NCBI GenBank assembly: GCA_963666285.1
Contig: OY762711.1
Reading direction: 5' to 3' (one strand)
From: Sedimentisphaerales bacterium
Lineage (GTDB): Bacteria; Planctomycetota; Phycisphaerae; Sedimentisphaerales; SM23-30
Length of the DNA: 64,000 nt
The position numbers and the translations under genes were made by a program. Of the stretch, positions 40,915-51,585 are shown piece by piece. The notes under the pieces are model-generated. The model was not told the origin of the DNA. It searched no databases and was given only the letters and a program-made list of their open reading frames with translations. Numbering within the stretch: position 1 is the stretch's first letter; every line of letters begins with the position of its first letter.

Positions 40915-40952
40915 AAAAGCAGCCCTACACCATATGCGTAGAGCTGCTTTTT
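40915..40952. terminator. Intrinsic terminator, probably bidirectional
   Basis: AAAAGCAGCCCTAC...GTAGAGCTGCTTTTT between convergent genes. Confidence 0.75.
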
Positions 40953-40979
40953 CTTTTCTAGAACACACGAATAATCAGA

Positions 40980-43808
40980 TCAGATTATTCCACTTTTTTC
41001 TTCTTTAACTTCGCTTTTCTTTTTGGCATCTTTTTGCTCATCTCCGGCAGTTTTAGCTTTATCCGCCTTCTTTTCAGCCTTCTTCTCTTTCTTACCTTCT
41101 GCTTTTTTAACCTCAGTTTTATCTGCCTTTTCCTTTAGCTTCTTGGCGGTTTTTTTCTTCCCCTTTCCTTTTCCTTTCTTCTTTTTCGCATCAGCATCAG
41201 CTACGCCTTCCTTGGCGACAGCATCAACCCCGGACTCAGCTTCAGCCTCAACTTCAACTTTAACTCCGGCATCAGCCTCAACTTTTTCTTCAGCCTCAGC
41301 GTTTCCACTTCCAATCACCCGCAGCAAAAAGTCCTCATACTTCCTGAACCGGTTCAAAGGCTTAACATCACCACCCAACGCATGTCCGCCTGTTGGATCC
41401 AAAAACAGCTCCACCAGCGTTTCCTTACCGGCCTTGAGCAGCTCTCGATAAACCCGGACCGTATCCTGGTACAACACATTCGAATCTTCCATACCATGCA
41501 CCAGCAGCAAATGCGACTTTAAATTCTTCGCCAGCGGCAGCAGCGAATACTTGCCCAGATCAGTCTTGCCAACCCGGCTGTCATCAATTGTCTGGGTGGT
41601 ATAATGTGAGTTATAATTCTCCCATTCGGTCGGACCTGCCCCTGCCATTCCGGCTGCAAACACATCCGGCTCAGTATACAAACACATCTGTGTCTCAAAA
41701 CCACCAAAACTCCAGCCATGAATCGCTACACGATCCTTATCAACACCATAGTTCTCAATCATAAACTTAACACCGTCAACCAGATCTTCAACCTGCGGCT
41801 TGCCAACCTGTTCGTAATTTGCTTTTTCAAACACACCGCCATAGCCGCTATTGCCTCGCGGATCAATCGTACATGTTATATAACCATGTTTCTTTGCCAT
41901 GTAATAGCCAAAGAAGTAGCTGCTCTGCTGATACATACCGTCAGCAACCTGCTTCTGCGTCCCCAACGGTCCTCCGTAAATATAAATCAGCAAAGGACGC
42001 TTCTCATCTTTATTCCAGCCATCCGGCTTAAACATATGGCCGTAGATCGTATGACCGTGCCTGTTCTTATAATCGAAAAACTCCGGCACCGGCTCCAGCA
42101 GTTTCTTGGCCTCGTCGCTATGCGAATCTGTCAAGACTTTTTGCGTCTTCGCCTTGCTGTCAATATACACCAGTTCCGGCATCATTCCAAACCGTATGTA
42201 GCGTGCCAGTGTCTTGCTGCCATCCTCTGTTACGGCAACCTCTCGGTAATTACCGTCCTCTCTTGACAATCTTGTCATTTTGCCTGTCTTCATGGATACC
42301 CGGTATATTTCCTTGCGGGATGGATGCTCTTTTGTCGCTGTTACGATCATCCAGTCGCGATTCTTCGATAAACCGACCGGGTAAACCTCGAAATAACCAC
42401 TAGTCAGAGGCCTGCTGCTCTCATACAACGGATCCAATACATGTAAATGCCTGAATCCGGTCTGCTCACTCAAATATACTATCGTCTTATTATCCGACAG
42501 ATATTGCGGATTCGTCATTCTCGGCGTCGTCGGACCGGCTGTATGCATATAGCGATACACAACTTTTGCCGCCTCAAAGATTTCCTTATCTGCTTTTGCT
42601 GCTTCCTTATCCTCTTGCTTACTCTCCTGCTCTTTTTCCTTAACACATGCCTCATACAGGCATATCTCACCAGTATCATGTGTAAACACATCAAAAACAA
42701 TCTTCTTGGAATTCGCTGACCATTTTGGATCACCCGTTATATCACAAGGGTGTTTATGAGTTCTGCGAAACACCTCTTTCAAAACAGAATTATCTTCTTT
42801 CAGATCATTAATCTCATATAAATACACTATCCTGTCATATGTCCTGAAAGGCATATCAGCTGTCTGACGAGTATACTTTTTAGGGTTCATAAACCTGTCT
42901 CGATAATTTGCAATATCAACAGTCTTTGACGAAGCAGCAGGCTCCGGACCCCATTTATATGCTGTAAATGCGATTCGATTACCATCCGGGCTTATCTCAT
43001 AACCACTCATTGTCTCACCACTGGGAAACTTAGGGTCTAGCTGTTCTATCAAATGGCTGCCGAATTTAACCCGCATAAGATTATTATCAACTCGATAAGT
43101 ATAACCAGACCCATCAGGCAAATAGGCTACCGACTTTTCCTGGCAATTCGTCATGGTCAGCCGATCAATTTTTCCACTCTTAACATCATAGCTGTAAATA
43201 TCATCATCAGAAACAAATAACATCTTCTCGGCTTTTGGTGCCCAGATATAAGAGCTAACCCCGCTATAACGCGGTGCCTTACTATCGTCTGCATCCTTAT
43301 CAGAAACATAATTTTTCAATTCGTCTTCGCTCTGCTCCTTTTTATCTGCATCTGACTCGTCTTTATCCCCTTCCTTACCCTCACTATCACCTTTTTTCTC
43401 TTCGTCCTTTATATCTTCATCTTTCTTGTCCTTTTTCTTCTCAGCCTTTGCCTTTTTTACCCTGTCTTCGCAAACCTTACGAGCTTCCTCCTGAAATTCT
43501 GCCATAATAGCTGCCGAGGTTACACGTATTTGCTTATCATTTTTCACATCATAAAGCCAGATATCTGATCCATGACGACGTTCTATATACGGCCGGTATA
43601 AATATGCTCCATATTTACCATCCGCAGAAAATGTTACCTCCGATACCCCCGGACCAAACATACTCTTCTCCGGATACAGCTTTTCTAATGTAAGCTCTTC
43701 TTTTTTATCAACCTTGGAATCATCTTTCTCAACTGCTTTATCATCAGCCAACAGATTAACTCCCAATACCAATACTAAAAATGCTGCTGCTACTTTTGTG
43801 ATTCTCAT
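40980..43808 (-). CDS. S9 family (DPP-IV-like) prolyl oligopeptidase with a Lys/Glu/Ala-rich tail
   Basis: Signal peptide, propeller region, YGGP, DPRG, nucleophile elbow GWSFGG, LVHGMEDSNV, GGH. Confidence 0.9.
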   Translation of the reverse strand: MRITKVAAAFLVLVLGVNLLADDKAVEKDDSKVDKKEELTLEKLYPEKSMFGPGVSEVTFSADGKYGAYLYRPYIERRHGSDIWLYDVKNDKQIRVTSAAIMAEFQEEARKVCEDRVKKAKAEKKKDKKDEDIKDEEKKGDSEGKEGDKDESDADKKEQSEDELKNYVSDKDADDSKAPRYSGVSSYIWAPKAEKMLFVSDDDIYSYDVKSGKIDRLTMTNCQEKSVAYLPDGSGYTYRVDNNLMRVKFGSHLIEQLDPKFPSGETMSGYEISPDGNRIAFTAYKWGPEPAASSKTVDIANYRDRFMNPKKYTRQTADMPFRTYDRIVYLYEINDLKEDNSVLKEVFRRTHKHPCDITGDPKWSANSKKIVFDVFTHDTGEICLYEACVKEKEQESKQEDKEAAKADKEIFEAAKVVYRYMHTAGPTTPRMTNPQYLSDNKTIVYLSEQTGFRHLHVLDPLYESSRPLTSGYFEVYPVGLSKNRDWMIVTATKEHPSRKEIYRVSMKTGKMTRLSREDGNYREVAVTEDGSKTLARYIRFGMMPELVYIDSKAKTQKVLTDSHSDEAKKLLEPVPEFFDYKNRHGHTIYGHMFKPDGWNKDEKRPLLIYIYGGPLGTQKQVADGMYQQSSYFFGYYMAKKHGYITCTIDPRGNSGYGGVFEKANYEQVGKPQVEDLVDGVKFMIENYGVDKDRVAIHGWSFGGFETQMCLYTEPDVFAAGMAGAGPTEWENYNSHYTTQTIDDSRVGKTDLGKYSLLPLAKNLKSHLLLVHGMEDSNVLYQDTVRVYRELLKAGKETLVELFLDPTGGHALGGDVKPLNRFRKYEDFLLRVIGSGNAEAEEKVEADAGVKVEVEAEAESGVDAVAKEGVADADAKKKKGKGKGKKKTAKKLKEKADKTEVKKAEGKKEKKAEKKADKAKTAGDEQKDAKKKSEVKEEKSGII

Positions 43809-43868
43809 ATGTATTCCTCAAAATAATATTCGATCATAAGATCAATACAAAAAACATAATTAAATGTA

Positions 43869-43966
43869 AAGTTTTTCATTCATAAGGCCATATTCCGACC
43901 TTTGCGTGTAATGCTGAACAGTCCAAAGTAAACCACGCATATAATGCAAAGCATAATAAACCGCAC
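43869..43966. repeat. Dispersed intergenic repeat family B, copy 2
   Basis: Aligns with 9679-9773 over its whole length. Confidence 0.8.
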
Positions 43967-44629
43967 CTTTTCTAAAACAATTGAAATTGCCCGAAAGAGC
44001 GTGGCATGAATGATTACAATATCATTATTTACTCTATGATTGCTCGGACGAAATCATACACGAGGTACGTATATTGTAAATTATCTTTAAATAAATCTCT
44101 AGGGACATTTTTAACTTATAATTAACCTATTCTATATAAACTTCAAGATTAAAACCACCTTAACCTATTGCAATAAAAATATTTAGGCACACAAACACTA
44201 ATTTTACAGCATAAACCCGAACCAAAATACGAATAACAATTGATAATGCCGGATCGAGCGTGGTAAAAATAAATGCAATTTCATTTTAACTTACATGCGA
44301 TCGACATAATCATACAAGAGGTGTATATAGACCCTGACGACCTCAATTGATCAATATCTCCGCGACTATACTGCGTCCATACCGCAAGCTCTCTTTGACA
44401 AGTAAATAGATTAAACGAATTACAATATATCGAACAAAAATATAAAGTCTTACAATTCAAAGACTTACTACTGCGGCTGTTAAAATCAGACTCTATTGAA
44501 TTATCCCCTTGAGATGTATCTATTAAAGGTTATAATAGCCAGTTGGAACAGTATTCTATTATATAGCTTCTGTTCTCACAAAACCTTGATTAGCAACACC
44601 TTATAACAATTTCCAGAAAGGAGCCATGA

Positions 44630-45490
44630 TTGGAAGCAAACGAATTTGTCTTTCTGAACAATCAATTGGTCAATGCCGATAATGCCTCTATAAGCATTTA
44701 TGATACCAGTGTTATGCACGGTATCGGGCTATTTGAGAGTATGCGGGCTTACAGCGGTAAACTTTTTCGCATGAAGGATCATCTTGACCGGTTATTTAAC
44801 TCTGCTTCCATTCTTAAGCTTAATATTACACAAAGCCGTGAGGATATCGTCAAGGGAATTGAATCACTGCTGGAAGCTAACAACTTAATAGAAAAAGATG
44901 CCAGGATGAGGCTAACAGTTACACCTGGCAACATGCGAGAAGCAACCGAAGACGGCCCGCCTGATAATTCGATTATTATCACTGCTGCGGCAATGCCGGC
45001 ACAAACAGACCAGAAAAAAAATATGATGCCGGTTATTATTAGTTCATATAGACTCAATAGCGAAGAGCCTACCGCCGGCCACAAAACTTTGAACTATTTC
45101 AACCGGTTAACAATACTGCAGCAGGCTCATACCGAAGGCTTTGGAGAAGCCTTATGCTTTTCTGTTAAAGGTTTCCTTTGTGGCGGCTGCCTGAATAATG
45201 TTTTTCTGGTTAAAGACGGAAAACTTATAACTCCGGCATTGACTAAACCTGTTATTCCAGGTATTACCCGCAAAGTAGTTCTGGAAATCGCACGTAAAGC
45301 CGGCATACAAACTGACGAACATGACATAACTTCACAAGAACTAATGGCCGCAGATGAAATATTCTTCACCAGTAGCTCTCAAGGTATTATAGCCACTGGT
45401 AACATAGGCACACACAAAATCGGTGAAGGTGCCGCCGGGGTAATTACATGTAAGATTATGGAAAAATACGATATTTTAACACGAGAATAA
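44630..45490 (+). CDS. Class IV PLP aminotransferase (IlvE/PabC-like)
   Basis: RBS AAAGGAG then TTG; motifs GIGLFESMR, HLDRL, HKTLNY, NVFLVKDGKLITP, GITR and ADEIF. Confidence 0.88.
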   Translation: MEANEFVFLNNQLVNADNASISIYDTSVMHGIGLFESMRAYSGKLFRMKDHLDRLFNSASILKLNITQSREDIVKGIESLLEANNLIEKDARMRLTVTPGNMREATEDGPPDNSIIITAAAMPAQTDQKKNMMPVIISSYRLNSEEPTAGHKTLNYFNRLTILQQAHTEGFGEALCFSVKGFLCGGCLNNVFLVKDGKLITPALTKPVIPGITRKVVLEIARKAGIQTDEHDITSQELMAADEIFFTSSSQGIIATGNIGTHKIGEGAAGVITCKIMEKYDILTRE

Positions 45491-45521
45491 TTGTTAAACA
45501 TATACTACTGAGAATATAATC

Positions 45522-46211
45522 ATGATTTCAAAAGAAGCCGTATTTATACTGTTATTATGCATCCTGGGACTGGTCGCTATACTAAATGCTCAGGACACTG
45601 CCGATCAGCCTGCTGCGAAAGCACAAACACCGGCTCCACAGCTTAGCGAAGAAGAAATGATTGCGGCAATTGCCAAAAAGAACATCTTCAAACCTAAACT
45701 TGTTGTTGAAAATACCAACAAAAGACCGTTAGCTAAGAGTTACGAGATTGTCACCGGCCCGGAATCTCTGGTAAGACCTTTTACGCTGATCGGAATCAAT
45801 ATTGGCGAAGAAAAAGCTATGGCACAATTGCTTTTCAGCAATCCGGTAGATAGAAAAGCTGCTACTGTTGACGACGTATTTGAAACTTTGACAATAACCG
45901 AAATCCACAGCACATATATCCGATGCGATTATGATGGATACGATGTTAAAATTGATGTTGGTGAAAGCAGCGAAGACGCACGTAACAGGATATTGGGTTT
46001 CAACAAAGACTTCGAATTTATTGGTACTACTATTACTGAAAAAGAAGCTTTTGCATATATCAAAATTGCCAACGAAACTCTTAGACTTGAGGTTGGCGAC
46101 GCTTTGGGAGATTCTGAAATTATACGCATTGAGGAAGGCAAACTCTGGATCAGACATGCCAACGGACTGGAATTCGCCATCGATCCTACCAGCCTCAACA
46201 CTAGCGAATAA
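45522..46211 (+). CDS. Exported protein with two tandem GspC/PilP-like beta domains
   Basis: N-terminal hydrophobic anchor, NIFKP, then two repeats of F.LIG...A...(V/G)D....I..I. Confidence 0.55.
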   Translation: MISKEAVFILLLCILGLVAILNAQDTADQPAAKAQTPAPQLSEEEMIAAIAKKNIFKPKLVVENTNKRPLAKSYEIVTGPESLVRPFTLIGINIGEEKAMAQLLFSNPVDRKAATVDDVFETLTITEIHSTYIRCDYDGYDVKIDVGESSEDARNRILGFNKDFEFIGTTITEKEAFAYIKIANETLRLEVGDALGDSEIIRIEEGKLWIRHANGLEFAIDPTSLNTSE

Positions 46212-46515
46212 TAAAACAAACCCTTTAGGGTGCCTCTAGAATTTCATTTTCTGCTGTAACGCTGGACAAAGCAGCTATTTGCAAATGCAGTACTATTATT
46301 AGCCGTTCATTCTGAACGTATGCTATCCGCACCTTCTCAACTTATCTTTTTATTCTATAAGTATATACGTTTTCTTAATATTGTTATAATAAATATGATT
46401 GACCCTATAGTCATATTTGGTATTATTGCTCATAAGAAAATTTGATATTGGCCGGGAATTATTTCATACTTTTCCAGCTAAGACTATTATTCGGTATTTT
46501 GATAGGAGAATGTTC

Positions 46516-49500
46516 ATGAACAGTGTAAATCCCATTATTAGAGTAACTCTTTTAGCCATATTAACATGTTTTGTGTCAACAATTTATGGCAGCGACATAT
46601 CAGACCTGATTAAGTATTCAAAAAATGGAGATTTGACAAATATTAAATCGCTGATCGAAAAAGGTATTGATATAAATTCTTCGGAAGATAAAAGAGGTAA
46701 TACAGCTCTCATAGCTGCTGTCTCTGGGAAACAATATGCTACTGTTGAATACCTGATCTCTCAGGGAGCTGATGTTAACAGAACAAATAGCAAGGGAAAT
46801 ACGGCACTGCACACTGCAATTGAAAAAGGTGACAAAGTCGCGGTAAAACTCCTTCTCACACACAATGCCAGCACTGAGATTCAGACAGATAGCGGCGTAA
46901 CTCCGCTATTTATGGCAATAATAGCTAAGAATAAAGAAATATTTGAGCTATTGCTTGATAATGGAGCAGATATAAATGCCAATATGATGGCTGAAGGTTT
47001 CAACGACAAATTTGGCCTTACTATCCTCCATAATGCAGTTGGATATGGTGATATTAAGCTGGTCAAATACCTGCTTTCAAAAGGGGCTGATACCGAGGTA
47101 AGAGACAGTAGCGGCTACACACCGCTTTTATACGTTAATGACAATATTGAAATGGCAAAGCTGTTAATTGATAATGGTGCCTATGTAAACGCCTTAACTC
47201 AATATGGAACAACTCCTCTAAGTCATGCCGTAGGTAATAATGTTCAATTTTTGTCAGGTCAGGGTGGAAATGTATCACCAGTCGCACAACTTCTGATTAA
47301 TAATAAAGCATGGTCACATTTTGCCCCTAAACCCCAAAAACCAGCCTGGCTCAATAAATTCACAAAGGAAGAAGTAAAAGCTTTTATTTCAAAAGGAGGA
47401 GACATAAATCAGCAAGACGCAAATGGAAATACAGCTTTACACTGGATTACTAGCCAATTTTTCCTAAAGCTGAATGATGATTTTCTGAACTCTCTATTAC
47501 AAAACAATATAAACCTTTCTGCCAAAAACTATGATGGAAATTCACCACTGCATTTTTCATGTATGCACTTTAATGTCGAGATGGTAAAGTTCCTTTTAGA
47601 CAATAATGTTGACCCTAATATCAAAAATAAAAACAAAATTGCGCCATTGCATAATATATGCAATAATCCAGAGGTTACTGACAACAATGGAAGCAGTACC
47701 CAAATAGCTGAAAAAATCATTGAGTTACTGCTTGAACATGGTGCTGACATCAATATTGAAGACTCAGTAGGAAAAACCCCGCTTCACTATGCTGCCTCAA
47801 CAAATATGGATAGATTTGCACCCTTTGTACAGTTTTTACTTGATAATGGAGCTGATATTGACGCTCAGGACATTGGCCTGAACACACCTCTGCATGAAGC
47901 TGTTGACGGCTCTACAGCTGTAGTCGAACTACTATTAAGCTCTGGGGCAAATCCAAACATCAAAAATATCTATGGACATAGTTCGCAAAAATCCGCTGAA
48001 TTTAAGGGAAATAAAGAAAAGCTGGCTCTCTTTGCCAAGTTCAAAGGAATTGGCAGTATCCATAATGCGGCAGAACATGGCGTACTGGATAAGATAAAAA
48101 GTCTTGTCGAACAAGGAACTGACGTTAACTCGCTTAACGAAAATGGTTTTACTGCTTTACAGATTGCTACATGGTCAGAACAGCTGGAAGCTGTTAAGCT
48201 CCTAATTGAACTTGGGGCAGAGGTTAATTTAGCAACTGATAAAATGATCACCCCACTTCATTATGCAGTTGACAGAAATAATATTAATATAGCAAACGTA
48301 TTATTAGATAATAAAGCCTCTGTCGATATTGATACTCTAAGCGGAACTAATGCTGCAGGAGAAGCTTTTGCATGGAATCGCCTAATCATTTACGACACAA
48401 TTATGGAATTATATCCTGAAGTAACTGCTAAATACGTAAATATTGAAACTCTGGAAGATATTCGGAAACAAGCCAGAATTGATGCCCGTAAAGATAAACA
48501 TAAATACTTTAACCACGATGTATCCGTTTGGGCAACTGATTCCAAAAGTAAACTGCATCAAGCTGTATACTATGGCGATAAAAGCCAGATCGTCAAACTT
48601 CTTTCCAAAGGAGCAGATATTAACGGCTTCGATGCTAAAGGAGATACCCCGCTAAACTGTGCTGTTAATATTGATAATGAAGATATTTTTAACCTGCTGA
48701 TAAAAAAAGGTGCTGATATTAACAAACTCAACAAAAATGGAACCGGACTGATACACTCAGCTGCCGACCAAGGTCGTGTTGAATTTATTGAATTACTCCT
48801 TAACAAAGGGATAGATATCAATCAAAAAGCAAAAAATGGCCAGACTGCGTTCCACTATGCAGTAGGATTTGATCTGGATGATACCATGCAAACTTTGCTG
48901 GAAAACGGAGCTGATATTAACGCTGTTGATAATGAAGGTAAAACTCCCCTCTTAATTGCCATAAAATGCCTTGAACTGAACCAGATATGGTTTTTATTAA
49001 AAAATGGTGCTGATATTAACCATGTCGATAATAAAGGTAGAAATGTCATTGATTTAGTATTTGAAAACTGGGAAGATTTCGGTCAGAAACATGTTGATGT
49101 GATATCTTATTTAATGGATATTGGCGTTAATTATGACAAGAAAGATCTATTTGGTAAAAATCTGCTGCATAAAGCTGTTGAAGAACTATCTATCCCACTA
49201 GTTAAAATTCTTCTGGAAAAAGGATTTGATGCTAATTCGCCAGACAGTAATGGAAACACACCAATACATATACACACAGACCCTTTCTATGAAAGAAATG
49301 GAGATGCTTTCGAGATGATGTCATTGTTAATCCAATATGGTGCTGATGTAAATAAAAAGAGCTGCCATGGACTAACACCATTGTATGGAGCAGTAGAACT
49401 TAATAAACCCAAAATAGTACAGCTACTTATAGATAAAGGTGCTGACGTTAATACTCAAAGCAGTTCCAAAACTACACCACTCCACGTTGCTGTTCAAAAG

Positions 49501-49647
49501 AAAAACTATGATATGGTTAAACTGTTATTAGAAAACAAGGCTGATACAAAAGCCAAAGACAGGTTTAGAAAAACTCCTGCAGATATGATCAAATTTTCCA
49601 TGGACGAAGATAGCAAAAAAATAAAGGAACTACTTAACCAATACTAA
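46516..49647 (+). CDS. Large ankyrin-repeat protein with a signal peptide
   Basis: RBS AGGAG 7 nt before the ATG at 46516; many G.TPLH.A...LL..GADIN repeats. Confidence 0.92.
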   Translation: MNSVNPIIRVTLLAILTCFVSTIYGSDISDLIKYSKNGDLTNIKSLIEKGIDINSSEDKRGNTALIAAVSGKQYATVEYLISQGADVNRTNSKGNTALHTAIEKGDKVAVKLLLTHNASTEIQTDSGVTPLFMAIIAKNKEIFELLLDNGADINANMMAEGFNDKFGLTILHNAVGYGDIKLVKYLLSKGADTEVRDSSGYTPLLYVNDNIEMAKLLIDNGAYVNALTQYGTTPLSHAVGNNVQFLSGQGGNVSPVAQLLINNKAWSHFAPKPQKPAWLNKFTKEEVKAFISKGGDINQQDANGNTALHWITSQFFLKLNDDFLNSLLQNNINLSAKNYDGNSPLHFSCMHFNVEMVKFLLDNNVDPNIKNKNKIAPLHNICNNPEVTDNNGSSTQIAEKIIELLLEHGADINIEDSVGKTPLHYAASTNMDRFAPFVQFLLDNGADIDAQDIGLNTPLHEAVDGSTAVVELLLSSGANPNIKNIYGHSSQKSAEFKGNKEKLALFAKFKGIGSIHNAAEHGVLDKIKSLVEQGTDVNSLNENGFTALQIATWSEQLEAVKLLIELGAEVNLATDKMITPLHYAVDRNNINIANVLLDNKASVDIDTLSGTNAAGEAFAWNRLIIYDTIMELYPEVTAKYVNIETLEDIRKQARIDARKDKHKYFNHDVSVWATDSKSKLHQAVYYGDKSQIVKLLSKGADINGFDAKGDTPLNCAVNIDNEDIFNLLIKKGADINKLNKNGTGLIHSAADQGRVEFIELLLNKGIDINQKAKNGQTAFHYAVGFDLDDTMQTLLENGADINAVDNEGKTPLLIAIKCLELNQIWFLLKNGADINHVDNKGRNVIDLVFENWEDFGQKHVDVISYLMDIGVNYDKKDLFGKNLLHKAVEELSIPLVKILLEKGFDANSPDSNGNTPIHIHTDPFYERNGDAFEMMSLLIQYGADVNKKSCHGLTPLYGAVELNKPKIVQLLIDKGADVNTQSSSKTTPLHVAVQKKNYDMVKLLLENKADTKAKDRFRKTPADMIKFSMDEDSKKIKELLNQY

Positions 49648-50696
49648 ACAAAGTACTTTACTGATTCTTTTTTGTATTCCATAAGAGTATAAAGCTGTTC
49701 ATATTTTTGGGGTTTGATAAGATCAATCATTTTACCAATAGCTTTTTTTAACTCTGTTTCAGTTTTGGCATGAGTCATAGCGTAGAGGTTGTAATGCCAT
49801 AAATCATTGGTACTACGGTGATAGCAATGACTTACGCATGGCATTTCAGCCAATGCCGCCCCGGCATTATCAATATCTGCCGGTTCAACCCTAAACACGA
49901 CCATCGCATTAGCTAGATAGCCTACTTTTTTATGGCGTACCCGCCCTGCAATCCGGCGGATGGCCCCCTGCCGTTTCCAGCTGTTTAATAAATCAACAAT
50001 GGTTCCTGAATCAAAACTATCTTCACCGAGAGCTGAATTTGCGGCCTTTGCAATTGCTTCATATGGTCGCTCTACAATGGGTATACCTTTTTGCAGCTCT
50101 CGTATCATCTGTTTTTGCTCTTCACTAACAATAAGAGGTTCTGATACGGCAGATAAGCTATGCAAATCAAAGCTGGAATGGGGTAAATCACCAGAAGCTG
50201 ATTTTTTACCAAATTGCACCTTAAGTTTATACATCTTCCGGGATGGCAGACTCATTATCTCATCAATGGGAAAATCGTCTTTCAAAGAAGAAAGTACCGG
50301 CTCAAAGGGATCAGCTCCGGCAATGGAATTGGGAACTGTAAGCGTAAACCAGATATTAAATTTATGCTGACGTGCATAATTATGAGAAACACCGGCAAAG
50401 GAGTTTATACGTTTAACCAAATCTGGTACCACCATATCTGACACAGAAACAGCTACCAGGGTACTGGAGTAACCTATCTTGCGGGCATTAAAAACCGGGG
50501 ATATTTCACGGATCACCCCCGCTTTTACCAGCCGGTTCGCAGCCTCAAACAGAATAGCTTTTTCGATGCCCAGTTTTTCTGCTAAGTCATTGAAAGGACT
50601 GTCAGTTATAGCAAGGCCTGCCTGTAGTTCGGTTATTATCTTCTCTTCCACATCCGGCAAAGGCATTCCTGAAATATTATCTTGTATGTCTTTCAT
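49644..50696 (-). CDS. ahbAB: Fused siroheme decarboxylase AhbA/AhbB (NirDL/GH-like, two Lrp/AsnC-like halves)
   Basis: First half PGVSHNYAR-like (GVSHNYARQHKFNIWFTL); second half RPYEAIA, GAIRRI..RH.K.GY.ANAMVV, VSHCYHR..WHYNLYAMTH. Confidence 0.85.
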   Translation of the reverse strand: MKDIQDNISGMPLPDVEEKIITELQAGLAITDSPFNDLAEKLGIEKAILFEAANRLVKAGVIREISPVFNARKIGYSSTLVAVSVSDMVVPDLVKRINSFAGVSHNYARQHKFNIWFTLTVPNSIAGADPFEPVLSSLKDDFPIDEIMSLPSRKMYKLKVQFGKKSASGDLPHSSFDLHSLSAVSEPLIVSEEQKQMIRELQKGIPIVERPYEAIAKAANSALGEDSFDSGTIVDLLNSWKRQGAIRRIAGRVRHKKVGYLANAMVVFRVEPADIDNAGAALAEMPCVSHCYHRSTNDLWHYNLYAMTHAKTETELKKAIGKMIDLIKPQKYEQLYTLMEYKKESVKYFV

Positions 50697-50831
50697 ATTG
50701 TCTTTAGAATAAGCTATTATAGAATACTGAGATACGAGTATTCTGAACCATTTAATTATTTGCTTATTGTATTATTTACAAAGATTTTTTCATCTGGCTA
50801 GTAATTATAGTATATTTACGACAGGAAATAA

Positions 50832-51569
50832 ATGCTGTTCTATTTGTGGAATATTTTAGCCGAAAACGGACTTGATGACATTGTCAGCAAAGGAACTGAT
50901 AAAAAGCCGATGCTGGAGCTTAGCGATATATTGACTATAGCCCTGATGATGGTGGTAGTTTTTATCGTTATGCGGTCAACGAGAAGAAAAACCGTTAACA
51001 GCAGGAATAAAAACAGGTCGAATGCTAAAGAACTGGTAGGAAGAAAGTTAGAGGAAAATCCTAACGTAACAATCAATCGGCTCCAGGAACTGATGGCGGC
51101 ATTGGCCGATATGTCTCGCGAAATCAACGGCGAGCTTGACACCCGAACAGCCAAACTGGAGATTTTACTGGCAAAAGCCGACAGCCAGATAGCTGAATAC
51201 GAGAAAAAACTGAAAAAGTTACAGGCTTCTCAGGCTTTAACCAACCTCGGAACCGGTAAACCGCCCCTAATTGAGCGGCACAATAGCGGAATTCAGGAAA
51301 TTAAAGACGAAATCGACAAGATCACGAGCAGAATGCCGGAAATTGAATCAACGATAGCCCCGCCACCGGTCAAAGAAGCTGTGCCAGAACTGGAACCGAA
51401 ACCTGATACCAATAACGCAGGCCTTGACCGTCCGGCAAACTCTGTTAATGATCAGATAATAAAACTGGCAAAAGACGGCATACCACTTGCAGAAATATCA
51501 AGAGCTACAGGCAGACCGTCCGGCGAAATTGAACTAATACTGAACTTAAATGGAATTAAGTTTAGATAA
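50832..51569 (+). CDS. Membrane-anchored coiled-coil protein with a C-terminal HTH-like motif
   Basis: TM ILTIALMMVVVFIVM; coiled coil; C-terminus IIKLAKDGIPLAEISRATGRPSGEIELILNL. Confidence 0.7.
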   Translation: MLFYLWNILAENGLDDIVSKGTDKKPMLELSDILTIALMMVVVFIVMRSTRRKTVNSRNKNRSNAKELVGRKLEENPNVTINRLQELMAALADMSREINGELDTRTAKLEILLAKADSQIAEYEKKLKKLQASQALTNLGTGKPPLIERHNSGIQEIKDEIDKITSRMPEIESTIAPPPVKEAVPELEPKPDTNNAGLDRPANSVNDQIIKLAKDGIPLAEISRATGRPSGEIELILNLNGIKFR

Positions 51570-51585
51570 TTAAGAATGGAAATAT

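Noticed and set aside
43988..44074. c-di-GMP-I riboswitch (CCGAAAG loop)
   Set aside because: It lacks the GGCAAA..GAAA..GACGCAAA context and the second stem.
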